DNA of 64,000 bases from Tubulanus polymorphus (lineage: Eukaryota > Animalia > Nemertea): contig NC_134035.1 of the NCBI RefSeq assembly GCF_964204645.1, positions 4,526,001 through 4,590,000 on the forward strand. Direction: 5' to 3'. The position numbers and the translations under genes are program-made. How positions within the stretch are numbered: position 1 is the first letter of the stretch; each line of letters starts with the position of its first letter. Positions 54,701 through 64,000 of the stretch are shown here, piece by piece. Under the pieces are notes generated by a model. The model was not told the DNA's origin and made no database searches. It saw only the letters and a list, made by a program, of their open reading frames with translations.

Positions 54701-56397
54701 AGCGCGGCGCGGTCGGCCGATCAATTTTCGCCGCCGCCGATTTCTTAGCGTCGGTCTTTGATGGCGAAAACCAGCGACATCGCCACCTGCCCGAGCTTCT
54801 AAACCCCGACGCTTGTTAAAGTCCGGCGCAGCTGCCGCGCTTATCATAAGACCCGTGCGCGCCTAAAACAGGTAAACTATCGATAACCGATGAACAAGAT
54901 CGGTGAGTTTTTATGGTCGGATTGTCGCCGGCGCAAATAACCCGTGTTTATAGGATTAATACCGCCATCACGCGTCGTCGACCGATGGCCATATTGAATT
55001 TCGGATGATAATTTTTGCCGAGACGACAATTTGTGTGTGTTAGTAATATTTCGTGCGCGGTGCGCGTTTTCGTCGATAGATAGGTAACCGATAAGCGGCT
55101 GCGATGATCTCATTAATTTCGTCTGATTTTTCGCGGTAAATATCATCGGTTTTGCGCGACGAGACTCGGCGTAAAGCAAAGCCACGACGACGCAATTTTC
55201 GATTATCAAAGAGGTACCTGTGCACGGCAGCACCTGGCCGTCCAATCACGTAGTTATTCATGTCAAATAAACCGTTACAGAGACGGCGAACACTGATATC
55301 TTACCGGAATCGACCGGCGTATGTCATATGCCCGCAAGATATACAAATTCGATAAGTTTTATTTGATTTCGGGGTCCCCGCTCTCTCTTCGGCGCTCAAT
55401 TTCCCTCCCCGTCCTCGTCGCGCACATGATGAGCCGGGAATTAACAATCTGGCGCGGCCGAGCGATACGCCGATAAATATCCGCGCATCATAAACGAATT
55501 AGCAACGAAATTAGCGCGCATTGATTTAGCGCGGGTTGCTTCTCGTCTGCCGTGTTCCCGCCCAAATTAAACCAACCGGCGTCGCGCCCCGGAGCGTTCC
55601 TACCTCAGAGCCGGGCGACGCGGTTTCTAACTTTCACTGACGGGAATCGGACCCGGCGAAGCGGAATGTTCTCAACGTTCTAATGCAATAGCCACCTTCT
55701 GCAGGTAGACTCGTAAAGAAAGTTGAAGACGGGTTGATTAGAGGATGAGCCGTCGGGCGTTAGTTCGCGCATAATTCTATAACGACGACTAGTCCGTGTG
55801 CGCACCTGTCAACCGTCTGCCAAGACTTGTAACGATCAACTTTTTAATAATCGCCCGTATTTTAACGGCTCTACAAACATCGTTTTCACGATAATCAAAT
55901 CATTTAGAGATGATAGGGCGGCACGAACGAGACATTTCCTTTTGTTGTTTTGCCGCATTTTGTCGACTACGCGCACTTCGATAATCGCTTTTAAAACCAC
56001 CCCTAAATACGAGCGCCCGCCGAGCGACAATGAAAGCAGACATCTAACATTTACCAGATGAATCGTTCAATAGAATTCTAATCCCAGTAGATTTTATCTT
56101 TGACATTAAGAAATGTCACCAAGAATTTCATTTCAGGCATCATTTACAGTCGAGAAAAGCGAATCTTTCTTACGGTTTTCTTTTTAAAACCATTCAGAAA
56201 AGACCCGAGTGTTTTTGCGAACTATCGCTTTTTATAAAGAGCAAGGAGTAAGACTTGTCGGTGTTATCCCGCAGCAAATAAAAAAGAAATCCTTCCCCAA
56301 TTATTCTTTACTCATTCTGTACATTTACTGACATCAGTATCTTGTACGGGATGGAAAGCAAGAATAACCACACTCAAACGTGGAGAACAGATAATAA

Positions 56398-56609
56398 GAT
56401 ACAAACCCTCTATATACAAATTTTAAAAGTTTTAAAATCGAGAGGTTATTCAATCAAAAATTAGTTAAGAGGATACGACATTTCGATCTCACACCTGACG
56501 ATGATCTCTAGTGAGAGTTCGAAATTTCGTGTATCATTTTTAAACACTTTTTGATTGAATGAATTCTCGATTTCAGAACTTTTAAATCTGTATATCGCGG
56601 GTTTTCATC
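56398..56609. repeat. Imperfect ~210-bp palindrome with a central hammerhead-like motif (Penelope-type remnant)
   Basis: Left arm GATACAAACCCTCTATATACAAATTTTAAAAG..ATTCAATCAAAAA pairs with right arm TTTTTGATTGAAT..CTTTTTAAATCTGTATATCGCGGGTTTTCATC; the centre has CTGACGA-T-GATCTCTAGTGAGAGTTC-GAAA. Confidence 0.7.
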
Positions 56610-58654
56610 TGATCATTTTTTTGGCGTTCTCCTGGTGACAAACTAATTTTCACCGCGACAGAGTGTCGTATATATAAACTGGTAAACTTTGCTCTAATTA
56701 CGCGTATACGTGCGCAATTTGAGAACGTTTTTCATTTGCGAAGACGACGACCAACCAAAATACAATTAAGTCCTCCCCTTCTATCAATTCAATAATAAGT
56801 CGCTTCAAAAAACTAACTCTGGCGAAATATTAACAATTCAAAACTTATTCCTCATGAGATCACTTTTTATCATTATTACTGATGGTCAGCTTAATAAGAT
56901 TGAAGATACTCTATTACTAATGTCTTCATATAAACATGTCATGTCTCATTTCATCCATCTCGTGTAGTATCATATTAATCTTTTCTTTGTTTTTTTGGGT
57001 ACAGACACCACTTGGCTTGGTCCAAAGTTGTAAGTTGTTACAGCCTGTGGGCTCTGTGACTGCACCCTAACTTATTGATGTTAATTCGGCATTTAACTTG
57101 TTCATTTCTTTGTTATCTTTAAGTGAAAAATAGGTTATATCATATTATATAACGACATCATTTCTGTGTATACACAACCTAGCTACAGCGCGGACTAAAG
57201 ATAAGCCCAGATAAAAACTAGGAGCTGGTCGTGGTAAGCTCCCCCGGTGCGACACGCAATGTTTCTTCGTCGAGCAAATTGATTTTTTAAGTGGAACCCA
57301 TTAGACGATGGTTTACCTATTCAGCTGGTATTTTCCGGCGCCCGACGTCGTCGTATGGCAATCATTTCTGTATAGTCCGTGGATCTTTGATAGACAATAG
57401 CCGGAGACATCCTCGGCTATTGTTCTAACAGATACGTCTCTATTGTTTCACTCCCCAGGAACCGCTGCACCTGGAAGCGAAGCTGGCATCATTAAAACAT
57501 CTTCCTTAGCGTCATCGTTTTATACCTCAGTTCGCCGTGTCATTTTCGTTATTAATTGCCCCGTAATTTGCCGTATACCCCCCCAACAAAAAAATGAAAA
57601 ATTGGAATTTCGAAACGTTTAATACGGAACGAGACGCACCGATCGTGTTGTAAATTACTCTGTGAAAAAAAAAACATTTCGAGTTATTCTTGCGAAAGCG
57701 AAATTATCAGCGACCATCACAGCGGCGCGGAGAGGGAACTTAGACGAACGACAGCAGATCACATCCATCCATTATATTATGAACGTCGCCGATATTTTCA
57801 CCATAACATTTTAAATGTGAAATTATTTTCGGCAAGTCGAGCGCGAAAAAAGTGCCGCCGTTCGATTCCATTAGGGCGACGAGAAACTGTCGACTAGAAC
57901 GAAGAGTTGCGCCAGGCGGAAAATCTCTACCGAAACGCACGACCCAGGGCGAAAAACGGAGGAGAGAGAGACGAAAAATGAAAAATGAAATCGGTGCTCT
58001 GAAAACTATAGCCGCGAGCTATCGACTGCCAGTCGAGATGGTGATGTGTGACGCGCCGGTGCGGTGTTTAGTTTTCGAGAAGTTGCTGGTTTCGTTTAGC
58101 GTTTTCGGACTGGTAAAAAATCGTTTTAGCGTGCAGCAAAATATCCAGTCGAACGATTTCACACTAATGGAACTCAAGTACATATACATATATACATATG
58201 TGTATGCACACAAAAATGATGAAGAATCGCACGATATGAAAAAAGATAACTTACTTGAAATACGCCTTGAAAAGTAGCACATATTATATCGTCTGATATT
58301 GCCAACAATAGATAATTGAGTATGATTTATGTTTAAGGATCAATAAAGTAATTTGGATTTGAATATATCAATAATTGAATTGAATTGACCGGCAACCAGT
58401 CCAGCTCCGATATATTGATGACGTAGTGCGCATCCTCTCAAAAATGATTTGTAAAATAAGAGTTGTGAATTATATCAAATTACAAAATAAACGCTTAAGT
58501 TCACAATTGTAATTTTTATTTTGAAACGCCGATATTGATGACGTAGTACACACATCAACTTACACAGAACCCCTTTGAATAACTCATACTATGTATCAAT
58601 GTATATAAACATTATCGTTCGATATTTACGGCGTCAAAAAAGAGTCCGCAATAC

Positions 58655-59160
58655 CCACGTGAGTTGATATCTATTCGACGTTTCGACTATAACATTATCT
58701 ATAATAGTCGTCTTCAGAAATACTAGTGAAGATGACTATGAGGATATCATAAAAATCGCGAATAAATTGTTAGCACTTATTAAATATTTCAAACTGTTTT
58801 ATCCTCAGTATGGGATCTTGTTTTTATTATCTTTAGAACACGGACTCAATGTTTACGTGAGGTCATGTCTATTCGCCGTTTCGACTAAATCGTAATAGTC
58901 ATCTTCAGGAATACTAGCAAAGATGACTATAAGAATATAGTCGAAATTGCGATTAAATCATTAGCACAAGTAAATAATTCAAACTGTTTTATCCTAAATA
59001 TGGAATCTATTTATGATCTTCTCAACACGGACTCAATGCTTACGTCAGTTGATATCTGTTAAGTTTCGACTATATCATAATATATTAATAATAGTGATTA
59101 GTCGAAATGTCAAATTTATCAAACATTTCAAACCTTTACTATTCCTAGTGTGTGGGATCA
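58655..59160. mobile_element. ~190-200-bp tandem repeats (x2.5) with inverted minimal-hammerhead-like motifs; Penelope-like element terminal repeat or retrozyme-like remnant
   Basis: Units start at ~58657, 58855 and 59042, with a further partial unit at ~59410-59487. Minus strand 58717-58676: CTGAAGA-C-GACTAT..ATAGTC-GAAACGTC; minus 58908-58874: CTGAAGA-T-GACTA..TAGTC-GAAAC. Confidence 0.6.
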
Positions 59161-60219
59161 AACGTAAACAGACAAAATCTACAAATTCATAAAATAACGG
59201 GGCCAATCCCTATTTTGAGATCAACAATAAAATAGACGGGCTCATCGATGGTAATTAACAAATGTATATTTATATACAGTTTCTTATAATCTTCGTTTCC
59301 CTTGAATTCAGTCATTATACCTTCGATATAAATTCACTATCTTTTTCACAAATAAGCCGTTTTTACAGGTAAATTTCATATTTGGATAAAGTAGAAGTTT
59401 CGAATAAAGTTTGAGCACAAGTACAAATTTCAAACTGTTTTATCCTTAGTTTGGGATCTTATACTATCTTTAAGACAGAGACTCAAAAGTGTTTCATCAA
59501 CGGTAATAAATATATAGTTCCTTACATGACATTATATATCATATATATCGTTTTTTTTTAAGATAAATTCATTATCATTTTCGCAAAGCCATTTTACAGG
59601 TAACTTTCATTTGAGGGAGTGTGAATATTTCATAAGATATCAGAGACGAGAGAAATCCCACAATAATGAAGCCAAAATTGAAAAGTTCTATAATATCAGA
59701 ATGATTATATTTAAGAGCAACATTTCGGCTAAATGCTATTAGCCATCATCAGGCGTACTTGTCAATTTTGGCTTCATATTGTGGGATTGCTCTCGTTATC
59801 ATCATACACGGATATTGTGTGTCTTCTCGTCTCAGAATTTCCGAAAGTTCCATCGGAATAAGATTTAACGAGATTGTCCGACGTAAGACTGTCCTATACA
59901 CCATCAATCAAAATCCAGCGAAACTACATAAAAACGAGATGGTAACGAATATGAGAACGATTCGAATCAACCGCCTGATAACGACTCTCGATGTAGTTCA
60001 GGGGTTTATTGGTAGATGGCAGCATAGGAAGTAGCGCCCGAATCGAGAGGGGTTCTGAACCGCGTTTAGAATAAAACAAACACTGGCCCCCATCGCAATT
60101 ACGTATTCGATATGTTCAACATGATTCTATGCAACTTTAGTTGCCTTAAATGAATAAACATAAAGCATCGCCAATCTATAATAATCTTTATCTTGCGCGC
60201 ACGACATGTACTACACAGC

Positions 60220-60270
60220 ATATATATATATATATATACTTATGTATATATATATATATATATATATATA
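60220..60270. repeat. Interrupted (TA)n microsatellite
   Basis: Two TA runs separated by CTTATG. Confidence 0.95.
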
Positions 60271-61939
60271 CTCGCGACTCCACCCTCTAAATAATATCCT
60301 AATCGTTTCTCCTTTCGACAAAGACTGTTATTTTTAGACGCCTTAATTCAGTTATATACGACGAAACTCGGCGCATTAAAATACCGAGGGAGAGAGAGCG
60401 ATGGATATAGAGAACACGTACGTATACGAATGTGTTCGGAGCCACGCTGTTTGAAATGATGCAAATTCGAGCTCGAATTTCAGCAATTTTCCCGCCAGCG
60501 CGTCGCTGCCGAATACACGGGCGGTTGATACGCGCGCGTTGTTTTCTGCCCCATGGCCGCGTATACCGGTGTAGAATTCTATGCAATTTTCTGTGAATAA
60601 TCCGCAACCGGCTACGAGGTAGACTTTGAGCGTTTTGTTTCTATTTTGAAAGTTTATTACATATGCGCAACAAACTGTTTGCAAAACAAACGCGTGCAAC
60701 GTTTTATCGTCTAATGCAGTTCGAGTCGTTAATCGAAGATGTCATTAGGCAAAATATGACGAACAGGCCAAGATCGGTTTCGACCCAAATTCGTCTGTTT
60801 AATTCCACGTATAGAGATCGCGCTGTTTCAGGTGACCGACGCCATGCATATAGACAGACGGCCAATACAAGATTTATATGATAAATCCCCCGAAATTTGT
60901 AAATGAACAGATGGCATTTCTCCAGCACTGACAGTGAAACAAACTGTGACGGGTGAAGTGCGCGATATTCTCTATTGGGTGACTTTGAAAGCACAAAACA
61001 TATAAAGTTTTCCGAGCTCAAACATGTTATAGTATGCAACCGAGACTGTGTCTACCCGGACGACTTCACACAAATTATAAGATAAGCCGTTTTAGGATGA
61101 AATTATTTCACGAACTGCACGTTTTTGTCAGCGAACGAAATCACAAAATAAATGGAATTAAAAAATGTATTGGATTTCATCCGTTCTACAGAAATGAATC
61201 GTCGATCAGAATTTCTTTTATTTCATTTCAGTTATTTCCTGAATAATTTACATCGATGCATTTAATGAATTTCAAAATGAACTTACAAATTTAGGGAATA
61301 TGTAGATCGAAATATCAAAATAAATGCGATTTGAAAAAAGGTTGATTTCAATTCGGCAATTTCATTTTTTCCAAACACTACTGGAGGATTGCGATCCTAT
61401 AATTGCGATGAAAGATTTAGGCAAACGTCCATGAATGTTGAGGGGGCGGAGAATAGCAATTATTGGCTCGGACAGTGACCCTCTGAAAACGGAGACGACA
61501 CCAGCGTGGATGCAGTAATCAGGAATTCCAGACACCAGCTTTAAAACAATTTACGCCACTACGACCGCACCACACGGCTGCGATACATCGATAAATCCGA
61601 AGCTTCCAGATTGATTTCTGGTTGTACGTACGGGCACACAATCATAATTAAAGTTTACGATAGCCGACAATTTCGTAGGGCGTCAACAGAAACTATACTC
61701 GGTTTTGGTTATTAAAACGCCCGTCACATCATTTACCGTACCGCGCGCGTCAGACAGACACGGCGCGGTGTTACGTGGCGTTTTTGAAATACAGAACTCG
61801 CAGGGCTCACCCATTAAATTCACACCCTCCAGCGCTTTACAACCCGTATATTACGCTCATTTTTATCACCGGTGAAAGTTAACGACAAATAATTGTTATG
61901 AATAATTTTAGTATTTATCCAACAGGATGTATACGCGAG

Positions 61940-62660
61940 CAGGCTGCCAACCTCTGAAAAGTCAGTAAAAATCAGTAACAACTTTTCAGTAACATTTCAT
62001 TGAAATATGAAAGAAAATTAATAAATCAGTAATCAACAGTAAGGCCTTCAGTAACATCTTTAATATTAATTTATTATAATCAAGGGGGTAAGACCCTCAG
62101 TAATACCTTTCATATTTCTATACAAATTAATCAGTAATCAAGGGGATAAGACCCTCGGTAACATCTTTCATATTTCGCTTTTAGTTAATCAGTAATCAAG
62201 GGGGTAAGACCCTCAGTAATACCTTTCATATTTCTATACAAATAAATCAGTAACCAAGGAGGTAAGACCCTCAGTAATACCTTTCATATGTCTATACAAA
62301 TAAATCAGTAATCAAGGGGGTAAGACCCTCAGTAACACTGTTCATATTTCTATACAAATAAATCAGTAACCAAGGGGGTAAGATCCTCAGTAACATCTTT
62401 CATATTTCGCTATAAATAAATCAGTAACCAAGGGGGTAAGATCCTCAGTAACATCTTTCATATTTCGCTATAAATTAATCAGTAATCAAGGGGTTAAGAC
62501 CCTCGGTAACACCTTTCATATTTCTGTTCAAATTAACCAGTAATCAACAATAAGACAGTCAGTAAAATCTTTCACGTGTACGCATCAAAAAAACCAAATC
62601 AGTATTTCTCGTTATAAGATAATAACAAATACTGAAAATCAGGAACAGTTAGCAGTTCTG
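61940..62660. mobile_element. Non-autonomous TIR element carrying an internal 58-bp minisatellite
   Basis: Ends CAGGCTGCCAAC / GTTAGCAGTTCTG (imperfect inverted repeat); flanks CGCGAG / TGCGAG are TSD-like; TCAGTAA subrepeats throughout. Confidence 0.6.
62020..62575. repeat. 58-bp minisatellite, ~9-10 copies
   Basis: GA(C/T)CCTC at 62092, 62150, 62208, 62266, 62324, 62382, 62440, 62497; unit AATCAGTAATCAAGGGGGTAAGACCCTCAGTAATACCTTTCATATTTCTATACAAATA. Confidence 0.95.
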
Positions 62661-64000
62661 TGCGAGCAACGGTTTCGTAATAGCTTCCATTATTGCTAGA
62701 TACGCGAATACATTTTTATTTCATTCGAAAAAGTTGTTTCTGCAATTTACTTCACGATCAAAGCAGAAGATCATAATTTACGGTACTCTGGCCAAAAGAG
62801 CCTATTTTCTAGTAAGAATAACGGATACCGACGCCATATAGAACCGCTCAAAATTTGAAATAAAACATACGCGGTTTGCATGCCTACGTTGCGTATGAAA
62901 ATATTAACGGTTTGAATTAACCGATTTTCGAATTCAAATAAACAGTATAGATAATGAATGCTAATTTCTGAGACTAGATCACAAATTTCAGCGCAACGTT
63001 TAGAAAGGAATGATGTTGTTAGTACGGTTTCCGCGGAGGATTAGGTATATTTTTTTGTGCAGAAATATTACGCATTCAAACATAAGAAAAAATTTGCAAT
63101 AATGACATTTTATTCTTTTTCCTCAACCGATCTAACGGAAAAACACAGCCCTCCACCCCAGATATCTAACGCATTTCAGAACGAAAAAAAAAAGAAAATG
63201 GTGTCGTCACAAAATATTTTAAATTTTACCAGCTATATGTTTACTATATCGACCTACGCGTTGTGTGTATACGCCGCGTTTGTGTTGTTGAAATTAGGGT
63301 GGGTCCAAACTAACCAACCGTTACAAAACGCCTCGTCGCATCAGGCAACAACACGACGAGAATTTGGTCTGAAACGCTGTTTATGATATTCGAATAAATT
63401 TGATAGTATTGTAGTTTCTGCACACGTATAGTGTTACTATATCTGAAAATAATACATATATGTTGCTTTTGTAGTATTGTTTTGTTATTAAATCAATTTT
63501 GCGTCCAATGTAGCTTGTACCGAACTACATATATATGGCTGGCTATACGAAAATACCTTCATCCAAACAAGCCTTTGGTTGTTTTTCTTTCGCTATACGT
63601 TTTCACTGTCTTTTGTTATTCTAATAATTTCTCGAAATCTTAATTCGGAATTCGGAGTTTGATATTCTACGCTTCAAACACAATCTTCAATTTTACAAAC
63701 TGCTCATGATTTCAGCGTCCTTTGGACAAGAAATGAAGTCGGTCCCGATTAATTTCGAATGAAAAAATATTAGTTTTTTTACGCTAAATATCCATGCAGG
63801 CCTATAATCGCACAAAATGATATTGCAGTATCAAGCATTTTCGAATATACAAAATATGAATTTACTCTCAGTAGAATTTAAGTGATATTTTATTCGTTGA
63901 TCATTTCACTAATTTTGGCCGTAAAACATATGATGTATACTGGATTTAATAAACAAATCGTGAATTTCGAAAACAATAATTTGTGAAGAAGATTTGGCAA

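Noticed and set aside
57391-57428. Short hairpin AGACAATAGCCG..CGGCTATTGTTCT
   Set aside because: Too short to call as a miRNA precursor or MITE; no supporting context.
61380-61545. Minus-strand WNS..PDYCIHAGVVSVFRGSL resembling a LINE ORF2 C-terminus
   Set aside because: Requires a frameshift and is too short to support without a database search.
52024-63643. Many 60-145-aa ORFs in the last 12 kb
   Set aside because: No recognisable domains, overlapping on both strands, low-complexity composition and no consistent exon chain.

Overview
Eukaryotic (invertebrate-like, AT-rich) genomic DNA spanning a satellite/euchromatin boundary. Bases 1-~33510 are one tandem array of a 101-bp satellite (~330 monomers). 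It has ordered monomer variants, multi-kb internal duplications, one ~450-bp inversion and a degenerating right edge. On its minus strand each monomer carries hammerhead-ribozyme-like core words in the right order (CTGAAGA...CGAAA-GATC-TA), although the predicted stems are weak. After ~5 kb of transposon debris (MITEs, minisatellite, (TA)n, an orphan copy of the gene upstream region) come two tandemly duplicated, intact 14-coding-exon genes on the + strand (39675-45167, 677 aa; 46380-51772, 676 aa). I reconstructed them by hand from GT-AG junctions; both encode secreted astacin (M12A) metalloproteases with the architecture signal-pro-astacin-TSP1-TSP1-MAM-MAM. The last 12 kb contain no recognisable gene, but have Penelope-type palindromic/tandem repeats with minimal-hammerhead-like motifs, a TIR element filled with a 58-bp minisatellite, and a CpG-rich block. 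All alignments were done by eye.
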